Made by a program: the position numbers and the translations under genes. 64,000 nt of DNA from Antechinus flavipes (lineage: Eukaryota), in the NCBI RefSeq assembly GCF_016432865.1, contig NC_067401.1, positions 26,164,001 to 26,228,000 on the forward strand. Direction: 5' to 3'. The first letter of the stretch is position 1. Each line of letters begins with the position of its first letter. Positions 37,701 to 47,200 of this stretch are shown piece by piece. The notes under the pieces were generated by a model, which had not been told where the DNA came from, searched no databases, and worked only from the letters and a program-made list of their open reading frames with translations.

Positions 37701-37780
37701 TACGCCCCCAGCGCGGACCTCACCTCCTTTTTGACGTTCCACAGCAATTTCTCTTTGACTGCGTCCTCGGTGCGGTTCAT
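2103..37780 (-). CDS. SGSM2: Small G protein signaling modulator 2 (RUN/TBC domain Rab GAP), exons 1-11; 3' part outside window
   Basis: Spliced by hand, all GT-AG with consistent phases: e1 37780-37724 ([19 protein letters not shown]), e2 34999-34924 ([25 protein letters not shown]), e3 14215-14053, e4 13587-13426, e5 11877-11810 or 10331-10264, e6 11699-11554 or 10153-10008, e7 11164-11030 or 9618-9484, e8 3348-3224 ([15 protein letters not shown]...), e9 2996-2929 ([11 protein letters not shown]...), e10 2603-2443, e11 2238-2103. Peptides match my recollection of mammalian SGSM2, and synteny with TSR1 agrees. No exon 12 recognised in 1-2102. Confidence 0.95.
3380..5180. mobile_element. Ancient L2-like LINE fragments
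   Basis: Degenerate L2-type stretches (CTTAAACTCAACATGTCCAAAA...ATCTTTCCCCC; GATTATTTCAATAGTCTGC). Recognised by eye; boundaries approximate. Similar pieces lie at ~14300-14860 and ~62380-63300. Confidence 0.55.
5235..5502. repeat. CT-rich simple repeat
   Basis: (CT)n / (CTGTCT)n mosaic; explains the spurious ORFs here. Confidence 0.9.
6530..7460 (+). mobile_element. Cluster of L1 3'-end fragments (older fragment plus younger 3'UTR insertion plus short termini)
   Basis: L1-type 3'UTR (GATGATCAATTCTG...GGGAAGGAGGGGAAAATTTGGAAC), and AAAAATTACCCATGCAT occurs three times, each followed by an A-rich tail. Confidence 0.75.
9484..10331 (-). CDS. SGSM2: SGSM2 exons 5-7, downstream copy A (10331-10264, 10153-10008, 9618-9484)
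   Basis: [22 protein letters not shown] / [48 protein letters not shown] / [45 protein letters not shown]; all splice sites intact. Confidence 0.9.
11030..11877 (-). CDS. SGSM2: SGSM2 exons 5-7, upstream copy B (11877-11810, 11699-11554, 11164-11030)
   Basis: Same three exons offset by 1546 bp. The only exonic difference I see is synonymous (His CAC vs CAT in exon 6); splice sites intact. Confidence 0.9.
12111..12191 (+). mobile_element. 81-bp extremely 5'-truncated L1 3' end with A/TA tail
   Basis: 17-bp TSD AAGAGGATATGCTGGAA at 12094-12110 and 12192-12208; body AAATTACCCTGGCATGG resembles other L1 3' ends in the window. A duplicated copy at ~10565-10625 lacks the second TSD. Confidence 0.75.
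12477..12605 (-). mobile_element. WSINE1-type marsupial SINE with internal deletion
   Basis: Core TGAGGCAATTGGGGTTAAGTGAC...GGTCCTCCTGACTTCAGGGCTGGTGCTCTATCCAC; TSD TGTTAGTTTA (12467-12476, 12606-12615). Confidence 0.85.
12655..12810 (+). mobile_element. MAR1-type SINE
   Basis: CORE-SINE body plus GAGCTGGAGAAGGAATGGCCAACCACCCCAGTATCTTTGC...CCCAAATGGG RTE-like tail. Confidence 0.7.
18905..19049 (-). mobile_element. WSINE1-type SINE nested in a MAR1-type tail
   Basis: Full SINE body; TSD TTTGTCCTTCATT (18892-18904, 19050-19062); the host repeat continues to ~19200. Confidence 0.85.
19760..19890 (-). mobile_element. WSINE1-type SINE
   Basis: Same SINE consensus, adjacent to a (TA)n array. Confidence 0.85.
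19891..19966. repeat. (TA)n microsatellite
   Basis: Directly visible. Confidence 0.95.
25727..25787. repeat. (GT)n microsatellite
   Basis: Directly visible. Confidence 0.95.
28471..28609. other. Assembly gap (N run)
   Basis: N run. Confidence 1.
29740..30420 (+). mobile_element. Ancient L3/CR1-like 3' fragment
   Basis: ATCTAATCCAACCCC...AGGAAGTTTTTCCTG...CCAATACTCCAGA...TTGCACTGCTGACTCATACTGAGCTTGCAG pattern; boundaries approximate. Confidence 0.5.
32012..32157 (-). mobile_element. WSINE1-type SINE
   Basis: T-tail then GCTGAGGCTATTGGGCTTAAGTGACTTGCCCAGGGTCACACAGC...TATCCACTGCACCAACTAGCTG. Confidence 0.85.
34433..34579. other. Assembly gap (N run)
   Basis: N run. Confidence 1.
36379..36511. 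other. Assembly gap (N run)
   Basis: N run. Confidence 1.
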
Positions 37781-38950
37781 GGTGCCGGGGGAGCGGAGCG
37801 CAGCGCCGGCTAGCCCCGGCTACTGCCGCTGGCCGCCGCGCCTAGTGCGGTGTTCCGCGGCTCAGCTGCCCGCGGGCAAGGCGGAGCCCCGGCCAGCCGC
37901 GCTCCCGGCGCCCCGCAGCCACCGCCGCAGCCGCTGCCCGCCGTTCGGCTCCGCAGCCATCTTCCGAGCCCGGCACAGACAGACGTCAGGAGGCTGGCCC
38001 GGCCCCTTCCCACGGCCGGGGGGGCTTGGGGAGGCGGGAGGGGAGGCAGCGCCTACCTGGGGCGGGGGAAGCGGGGAGGGCCGGCCGGGGAGCTGCGTGC
38101 CATCCAGCGGCAGCCTCCATGGCAACGGGCTCCCCCCGCCCACCCCCGCACCCCTAGCCGGGAGGGCGTGCGCCTGGCGCTTCGTGAATGTCCCCCGCTC
38201 CATACCAGGGAGCGGAGGGGGGAGGGGGAGAATGCAGTCGTGCCCCCCTGGGTCGGGAAGTGGGAGGCTTGGCAAAAGGAGAGGATGGAGAACGCAACCG
38301 CGCTTCCCTGGGTCGGGAAGTGGGGAGAGAAGGGGGATCTTTCACCCGACTAAAAGTAGCCGCCCCAAAGGTGAATGCAAGCCGAGTATAACGGCTTCTC
38401 CCGTTAGATCAGTTCGAGGGCTTGGGCGACAGGAGCGGAGCCCCGCACGTAGGGAACCCCGCAACTGCGGCAGGGTCCTTCAGGGGCTAGCGGAGGGCTA
38501 CCTCCGCCCCTCGCTCCCGACTTGGGCGGAGCCCTCGGCAAGCCGGCAACCCTAAGGCTGGACAAGCACCCCAGAGGCTGTACAAGCACCCCAGCCCGGA
38601 GCCTGGGGATCCGAGTGATTAAATAGGGATCGCTGGCACTCCTTCCGCTACTCTGCCTCCTCTCTGAGGATTCCATTTATATCTGACTCTGTCTTTTTGT
38701 AACGAGTTGTTTGTGTGAAGTCTCCCCAGTTAGACTAAGCTCTTCTTTGTTTTTTGCTTTCATTTGAATCCCCAACGCTAAGCACAGCGCCAGGCGGCTA
38801 GAAGATGCCTCAAATACGTTGGTTGACTTAACTCTGCTTCGGGATTCGTTCCAGGGCGAGCACCACCTGTTTACGATCCACAGCTGGTGGGGTGGGGAGC
38901 TATCGTAGGGTGGCAAACTCCGGGTCTTGAAGTCGTCGGGTTTAGTTTGG
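37400..38950. promoter_or_regulatory. CpG island / SGSM2 promoter and exon 1
   Basis: Very high GC and CpG density against a CpG-depleted background; GC boxes; surrounds the SGSM2 ATG. Confidence 0.85.
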
Positions 38951-39316
38951 CCAGCAATGAGACATACAGGATTGCTTGTGCCGGAAGAGACTGTAGAGAC
39001 TGACCCACTTTACAGAGGCGGAAACTGAGGTGAAGGGACTTGTGTCAAATCTAAGCCATTGGCTTCGATCCAGTTCCAGAAGTTAGAGGAGAGGAGCTTA
39101 GACTGAGGAGCTTTTCCCTTGGCTGAGCCAGATTCCTTTTGTTTTAAGTGAGAGAGATCTAGAAAATTGAGAGGTTTTTTTTTTTTTTTTTGCCTTGTGG
39201 CATTCAGCCTGGCACATAGTGGTGGATTAATCGATTCTTTTATTTATTTAATATTTTCCTTAGTTACATTCAAAACAAGAAAAAAAGCTTACTTTTGTTT
39301 TTAAATTTGAGTGCTA

Positions 39317-39470
39317 GGGGCAGCTAAGTGGTGCACTGGATAGAGCATCAGCCCTGAAGTCAGGAGGACCTGAATTCAAATCCAGCCTCAGACACCGATC
39401 ACTTCCTAGCTGTGTGACCCTGGGCAAGTCACTTAATCCCAACCGCCTCAGTAAAAAAAAAAAAAAAAAA
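39317..39470 (+). mobile_element. WSINE1-type SINE between SGSM2 and TSR1 promoters
   Basis: GGGGCAGCTAAGTGGTGCACTGGATAGAGC...GAATTCAAATCC (A/B-box-like)...GCCTCAGT followed by an A19 tail. Confidence 0.9.
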
Positions 39471-39949
39471 ATCTTGAGTTCTAGGTTTTCTCCCTTATTC
39501 TCACCCACAATTAACAAACCACAGGTGAAGTGATGCAAAATATTTCCATAAAAATTAATCTGTGAAAAAAACCGATCTCCCACCCTAAGGCTTAATCAAT
39601 TCTATTGACGAGGTGATGAGATCATCTCCCAGAGCGCTTAGGGTTCTAAATCCTTCAGTTCACAGGAAATTCTTCGGACGAGTTACCCACCCCACACCTA
39701 GAAACCAGGGGTCTTGCTCCAGAGGCACTGAGGCCCAAGAGGGAGAGAAGAAAACCCAAGAAACCACGAGCACCTGCAGGCTGCTGCCCCAGCGGCCCCG
39801 GAGTTCAGAAGGGCCTGGGGGGAGGGGGTCTCCCCAGTCATCAGCAAATGGCCAATCTTGCTCTCCAACCGAAGGAGGGTTCTCGTAAACTCCAAGGAAC
39901 GAGCGAGGCTCCTTAGGGCGCCTCATAGAACTTCTTTTAAAGCCCCCAG

Positions 39950-41250
39950 TTCATACGTGCCCACCTAAGGAAAGGTTAGAAGTAGGCGGTGGGTCTCAAA
40001 TACTGTTCGCCCATTGGCTAAGGCGGGAGCTACCCCTGGAATTGGCGGAAGCCCCGCCCCTCTCCAGCGAAACTCCGCCCCGTGGAAGAGCCTCCACCCA
40101 CTCAGGCCTCCTTGCTGGAGGCACCGGAAATACTTGGCTTAGGACTGGAAGTAGAAGGCCGCCGCACGTGGGGAAAGATGGCGGTTCATCGCTCCGGCCC
40201 GCTCAAGCAGAAGAATAAGACTCACAAGAGCGGAAGACACCGGAGTCGGGGCTCCGCTCAGCGGGACGGCAAAGGTGAGGTGCTCCTGGGGCGGGTAGAA
40301 GGACGGCTCAACTCAGCCTTTTGGCCGTCCTTGCCGGCACAGGAAGTCCTCCGCCCTAGGGCCCTCCTCGGCCCTGCGCTGTCGACCGCGCCTGACCCGC
40401 TTCGGCTCCCGTAGCGCCCTCGGCTCACCCTCGTGCCTTGCAGGTCGCGTGGCCGTGAAAGTCCAGAGCAAGAAAGTGAGGAAGGAGCTTAGCCGAGTGG
40501 ACCAGCGGCACCGGGCCAACCAGCTCCGGAAGCAGAAGAAGGAGGCGGTGAGGCCCGGGAGAGAGGAGGGGTGGCGCGGGCCCCCGTGGGCAGTGCCCTG
40601 GGAGAGGCAGGCCGTCCCCGCGGGGTGGGGGTGGGCAGCTGGAGGCTCCCTTCGGCCTCGCCCGAGGTGCTGCCCCCGCCGCGTCTGCGGCCCTCTGCTG
40701 TGGTTCAGCCCCGTCTGTTACCTGTTGGAAGTGTTTCCAGGCTCCTTTCTTTATCCTCCACACTGTTTTCAAAGCGATCTAAGAAATGAGGCTCCCAGTT
40801 CCCGAGCCTGCGGTGCGGCCCTTGGCGGCTCACACTGCCCCCACGTGCGGTCTTTCTTGGACCGTCCCTCCCTCCTTCTCATAAAGAACACGGGTTCCGG
40901 GAGAACAGAGAGCGGCCCGGCGTCTCCGCCAGGGAGGCAACGCAGTGGGAGACTCGGCCCAAGCCCCCTTTTCCCCCGCGAGGGTCTCACCGCCCCTTCC
41001 TCGCCCCCAGGTCTTGGCGGAGAAGAGGCACCTGGGCAGCAAGGATGGGCCGCCTCATCAGGTGCTGCTGGTGCCCCTGCACGCCAGCGTTTCCCTGGGC
41101 CAGGCTTTGCAGCTGCTCCGGAGCTCAGACCCGCTGTCGGTGCCTACGGGGGAGCGGGCTGGGACCCCCAGCTTTGTGCTGCTCTGCCCTCAGCTGAAGC
41201 GGCGCTGGTTCTTCACGGCTGCACAGCCAGGTGGGTGAAGTCCAAAGGCG
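39950..41250 (+). promoter_or_regulatory. CpG island / TSR1 promoter
   Basis: Inverted CCAAT boxes (ATTGG 40013-40017 and 40041-40045), E2F-like TTGGCGG, GC boxes, ETS-like CCGGAAAT, E-box CACGTG 40165-40170, and YY1-like AAGATGGCGG over the ATG. Confidence 0.8.
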
Positions 41251-44200
41251 GCGCCTGGGGTGGGCTTGGCCTGGGCTGCCGGGGGTGGTTAAGTGCTGTT
41301 GTCCTCCCTGCTCATCCCATCTTGACTTTGTCTTCTGAATCCAGGGGATCTGCACACTGTATTGGACCTGGCCAAAGTGGCTGATAGCATCCTGTTTATT
41401 CTGGAGCCCATGGAGGGCTGGGACAGCACAGGAGATTACTGCCTCTCTTGCCTCTTTGCCCAAGGCCTTCCCACCTACTGTAAGTGGGTTATGATTATCA
41501 CCCATCTTAGGGGGCTGTTTAGTTGTCCAGTGTTGGTTGAGGGTCTAGGTTTGTGGCATATCTACCTGAGTCCCTTGTCTGCTCTGGGCTCAGTGTAGGG
41601 TAAGTGGTTCATTAACTGCAATTAGTTACCAAGGCTTCTAACTACCAAAATCTCTTTTGTGCCCAGCTCTAGCCATCCAGGGGGTTGGGAGCCTTCTCCC
41701 AAAGAAACAAGCAGATGCCAAGAAGAAGCTGAGCAAGGTCTTAGAGAAGCGATTCCCTGGAGACAAACTGCTCCATTTGGACACCCCGCAGGACGCTGTA
41801 CTGCTCCTTCGACAGCTGGCTAACCAGAAGCAAAGGCATCTGGCCTTTCGAGACCGGCGTTCCTACTTGTTTGCCCACACTGCTGACTTTGTACCCAGCC
41901 AAGAGAGCAGCTCGGTGGGCACCTTAAAATTGTCAGGCTATGTTCGTGGGCAGACTCTCAACGTAAACCGTCTCCTGCATATTGTTGGACATGGTGATTT
42001 TCAGATCAAGCAGATTGATGCCCCCACAGACCCCTTTCCTCTAAATCCCAGAGTGATTAAGTCCAGCAAAGGCACGGACATGGCAATGCAGGTATGTGAT
42101 ATTGTGGACTGGGCTGTGGCTACCAGTAACTGCTGGTTTCCAAAGAAGCTGGCAGCACGTGTCATTTTAAATCTTTTTTGGTCTCATTACTAGAAAGAAA
42201 TATTCGTTTTGGCCAATTCTGTAGATCTGCATTGGCACATGGGAGGTGCTTAATAAGTGCTTACTGGGCTGGGCCAATGGTGCTGCTTGGAATGTTGTTG
42301 GAAAGTGGTGGTGGATAGGTGAAAGTTATCGAAGTGGGTGGAAACCAACCTGACCAGTGGCTTAGGGTATAGGGAGCCATTGAAAGTTAGGAGCAGGCTC
42401 CTTGGAATCCTGCATTTTAGGAAAGCAGCATTTAAGGAAGATCAGTGTGGCAACTAGGTGGTACAGAGTTTATAGAGTGCCAGACCGAAATTCAAATGCT
42501 ACCTTTAACTCGTAGTAGCTGGGGTCACGGAGAGTGGGATGTCTCTGAAAAATGACAGAATGTAGGAAAGACGAGTGGGGAGGGGAGTCTTCTGTGCTTG
42601 CCTTGTCTTGAGATAAAGTTCCGTTAATCCCACAGAGCTTCTCTGCCCACGACCCTGTCTGTGGCCGTGGTGGAGACTGGAAAATTGCAGTCTTGGGCTG
42701 CCTCAGCAAGGCTGAGTTTAGTTCAGAATGAACACTAAGCCTGCTGTGAAGTGAACCCTTAGGAAAATAATAGCAGCAAAGATGTCTATGGTCCTGGAAG
42801 GTCGGCAGAGGGCTTCACAGATAGTTCATTGGATCTCTATAACAACCTGGGGAGTAGGTGCTGTGATTATCCTCATTTAATACAGGCCAAAGGAGGCTAA
42901 GTGAGTTGCTTGGGAGCAGACGCGTGTGGGGCATGGGCCCACCTCCAGCCTTCCTATTTCCCACTCTAGGACCCTATTGCCCCAGCGGTTGCCCCTAAGA
43001 ATGAATGCTAAAAGCACGCTGGGTTGGCTCCCCCATGACAAGTCGTGGGAGAGCAGCTGGAGAATCTGATGGCGCCATGGGGGGCAGCCTGGTTCTGAAG
43101 TGTCTTGTTTGGGGGGCCCAGTGAGGAAGGGGCAGACTGAGCAGCCGGCCACCCTTCTCTCCCAGATCGATGCTGCGGATGCCGATGGTGCGTCCGAGAT
43201 GGAGGAGGACATCAAGGTTCTAGTGAAAGCAGACCCTGCTCGGCAGGAGTCTCTCCAGTCAGAGGTGGTTCCGGACCCCATGGAGGGAGAACAGACGTGG
43301 CCCACAGAGGAGGAACTGAATGAGGCCAAAGGTTGGTGTCCTTTGGGGTCATTCCATGCTGTTTTCCCGGGATCCTGGATTTCCTTTGGCGCTGATGAAG
43401 TCCCAGGCAGCCAGGCTCGGGGTGAGGATAGGGGGAAGAACAGTGAAGCTTTGATCTGTGCGAGCAAGAGTGGAGTTAGGAGAGGGCTCTTGCAGGTGGG
43501 GAACTGGGATCTATTGATGTCACATGGAAAGAGGCCAGTGACTGAATTTTCTTTGCAAGTAGTTTTTATTCTTGTCTTCTAGATTTCCTTATAGAGAGAG
43601 TCGCTTTGGGCACTGCATGTGAGAGTACTTTGAGCACCCCCTTAGCTAGATCATACTTTGGTAGACTTTTAATTCCTTAAAACTTTTTTCCATTTTGTTT
43701 TTTAATTAGCAACTATTTATTTTCTCCCTTCTAATCCTCTCCCATATAAGAGAACAAGACAAGTATAACAGAAATGCATAGTCCAGCAGTACAAATTGTT
43801 CCCATTATCCCTAACCCCAAATTCATTTGACAGCCTTCTTAAAGGAAAAAGCCAAAGTGGTGAAGAAAGTCCCCAAGGGCACATCCAGCTACCAGGCTGA
43901 GTGGATTGTGGATGAGGAAGGCAGCAGCAGTGGAGAGGAGGAAGAAGAGGAGGAGGATTCAGAGGCTGAGGATTTCATGGAGGAGGAGGATTCAGAGGTG
44001 AGCCAGCTCTGCTGCTTTCATTGCTGAGGACAAGGCCCTAGCCAGGTCTGAAGCTTTGATAGCCTGAAGCCGAGCCAGGGCTTCTTAAACGTTCTCTATT
44101 CACAACTCCTTTTTACCCAAGAAATTTTGGTGTGATCCCAGGTATATAACATAAATGTCAGACATTTACTGATAACATTTTACAACCCCCATATTGTAAA

Positions 44201-47200
44201 ACCCCATATGGGATCTTGACCCACAGTGGTGGAAAGTAGGCACTGAAGCAGACAAGGAAGGGCTCCATGGCAGACTGGCTGAGAATCGGTGTTTCCTTAG
44301 CCTTTCATAGTTCTCAGCACCCTCGTGGAGGCACAGCTCTCACCTGACCCTCAGCCAGGTCCCTGCCTTCTCTGCCACAGGGTTGTTTGAGTTACTTGCT
44401 CAGACTTATCCGGGAAAGGTCAGGACTGCCGCTGAAGTGCAAGCCCAGAGATTAGGCTGCTTGTTCAAGATGAAACTTGTATTCCTGTCTCCAGGCTGAA
44501 GGGAGCGAGGAAGAATGTGAGACCGTGACCTTGGGGGAGTCTGTTCGGGACGACCAATATGATGAGAAGATTGACAGAGAGGCCGAGGAACAAATGCTGG
44601 AGAAATACAAGCAGGAAAGGCTGGACGAGATGTTTCCAGATGAAGTGGACACCCCCAGAGATGTGGCAGCAAGAGTCCGGTCAGTTGGCTCTTGTTTGCA
44701 CTGTGGTAGACGGGCAAGAATCAGGGTTGGCACGGCCGGTAGGAAGACTTGCCCCTACAACTCCTGGTCTTGAGCCTGTCTTGGTCTCTGAAACTTGCTC
44801 AGCGGCCTCTAGATCAGGGAGCCTGGGAGGGCCCTTCTGGCCCCAAGACCCAGGGGGAAGGGCCACTCTAAACCCTCTCTGGAAAAAGAATCCCCATTAG
44901 AAGCTTGTGCAGACTCCTCCTTGCAAAGGCAGCCCCTCGGACTTGAGAACAGTGTAACGACTGATCCCTAGTTCTCCCCAGGGCCGCTTAGCTCTGGCCC
45001 CTCTCCTAGTGAATTCTGTGAAGGCCTAAAGATCCAAGCTCCTTGGAGAAGTCAGGACTTGAAGAGAATCGGGCCTGTCTTTATGGAAGAAGAGACTGGG
45101 CTGCTCATGGAGGGGCAGATCAGGATCCCAAAATGAACAAGCTTGTCCCAGCTGAGGTTAGGCCCTTGGCCCCAGCAGGGGTCCTCTCCATTATGAGCTC
45201 TTCTGGGGGACAGGTGCTTTTCTCTGTCTCACTTAGGGAAGACCTGGCCTAAGTCTCCGCCAACATCAGGATGGAAATTTGGGGGCTCTGAGTGAGGTGT
45301 CCTTATGGCCTGCTGCCATTTTAGCCCTGGCCTGAGTGAGCTTGGAGCTTAGAGGGTCCAGGCTTGGCTTGAGTTCTCTCTTTGGACGGTCTTGGGAAGT
45401 CCTCACTTGGGTTCTTCTATGGATCCTGTAGATTGGGAAGGAAGAAGTCCCAGCAGGTTCCACAAAGTTCCTGGCTTGGCTCATTTCTCTGGCATGTCTG
45501 TGTCCAGGTTTCAGAAGTACAGAGGCCTGAAGAGCTTCCGGACGTCCCCGTGGGATCCTAAGGAAAACCTGCCCCAGGATTATGCACGGATCTTTCAGTT
45601 TCAGGACTTTTCCAGAACTAGGAAACGGATCTTTAAGGAGGTCGAGGAAGAGGAATCTGAAGGGGCTGAGGTATCTGGCTCGTGCCCCCATTTGGGATTT
45701 GCTTGGCAAAGTGCTGGAGTGGTGTGTCATTCTCTTAGGTTCCTTTTCATAGATGGGAAAACTGAGGCAGACAGGGTGGAGTGACTTGTCCAGGGTCACC
45801 CAGCTGACATGCCTTGGAGGCCATGTATGGTGCCCTCTGGCACCCCCAGCTGCCTCGCCCAGGTCTGTCATGGCCTATGCTGCTTTAGGGAGGAGGTGCT
45901 CATGATGTTGGCTACAATGTCTGAACCTGGCTGAGTCTTGGTGATGCCTCAGTGTGATGCCCTGAAGCCTCCAAGCCCAAGGTGGTCTAGTGGGGGTGGG
46001 GGGGGGTCCTGCCTTCCCCAGCGGGGGTCCGCTCCACCTTGGACTTGCCCGGCTTCTCTTGGCAGGTTGGATGGTACGTGACCCTGCACGTGACAGGGGT
46101 TCCTGCCTCTGTGGGTGAGAGCTTCGGGCAGGGCGCGCCTCTGGTCGCATTTTCCCTGCTGCCGCATGAGCAGAAGGTGAGCTGCCGCTGTCCTTGCCTG
46201 GGCTAGGAACCTGGGGCTTCTTTTCCTGGGTGGGCTCCTCAGGAGGATGGAGAAGCCAGTGATGGTGGGTGCCAGTATGTCTGAACCTGTCTGAAGCATC
46301 TCAGTGATGCGTTCTGTGTGGCTCTGAGGCTTCTTCCTCGGGGGGGGGGGGGGGTCAGCTTTGTCGTGGGGCGCCACCACCTTTAGAACAGACTGGCCTG
46401 CTAGTCAAGGTGGGGGACGTGCGGGTCATCAGCTGGGCTGGAGCGGGGGTGCCTGTGGTTGGGTGCTGGCAGTGACAGCCCTCCCTCAGAACACCTGGCT
46501 CCCAGATGTGCAGGGGGCAGTAGGGACATTTGTCCTGGGGGGGCAGGTGGGGGTGTCTTGTTGCCCCTCTCTGAATGCTTTGGGCTATTCACTGGCTCAT
46601 TGCGAGCTGAGGGCGCCTATTTGCCCACGTCAGCACATCTTCCTGATCCTGTAGATGTCGGTGCTGAACATGGTGGTGAGGAGACACCCCGGGAACGAGG
46701 AGCCTGTGAAATCCAAAGAGGAGATGATCTTCCATTGCGGCTTCCGTCGCTTCCGGGCCTCGCCTCTCTATTCCCAGCACACTGCAGGTCTATAGCTGCC
46801 ATAGCTTGAGGGGGAGGGGGCCGGGGCTCCTGGGCCATTTGGGCAAATTTTGGGAATAGCTGTGAACTGGCAGCCTTGTGTTTGCTGTGCGTTCTTTTTG
46901 GCTTTTCCAACAATCTTGTGAACTATGACTGCTTCTCATCTGGGCTTAGAAAAGCGGGCCTGAGGCTTTGGGGTTAAGTGACTTTCTCTGGGTATTAAAA
47001 TAGTGCCTTGCAGGGATATAAACCAGCCCCCTGCTAGGGATAGGGCCTCTGGACGCATGTTCTTTCCCTGGTTGAAATAACATGAGACCTTTGAGACTAC
47101 TGTCTGTCATTTGGGACAGGGGCAAAGACTGAAGTGATTAGATTAGTGCAGGCCTCAGAACGGAATGGTCTCTTAACAAGGGCAGGGTGGTGGGTGAGCT

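Noticed and set aside
37632-38555. 307-aa ORF and overlapping ORFs in the SGSM2 CpG island
   Set aside because: GC-rich, stop-poor sequence; low-complexity Pro/Gly/Arg products; antisense to SGSM2 exon 1; no recognisable domain.
40449-41384. 311-aa ORF in the 5' part of TSR1
   Set aside because: TSR1 exon 2 read through GC-rich introns; explained by the spliced model.
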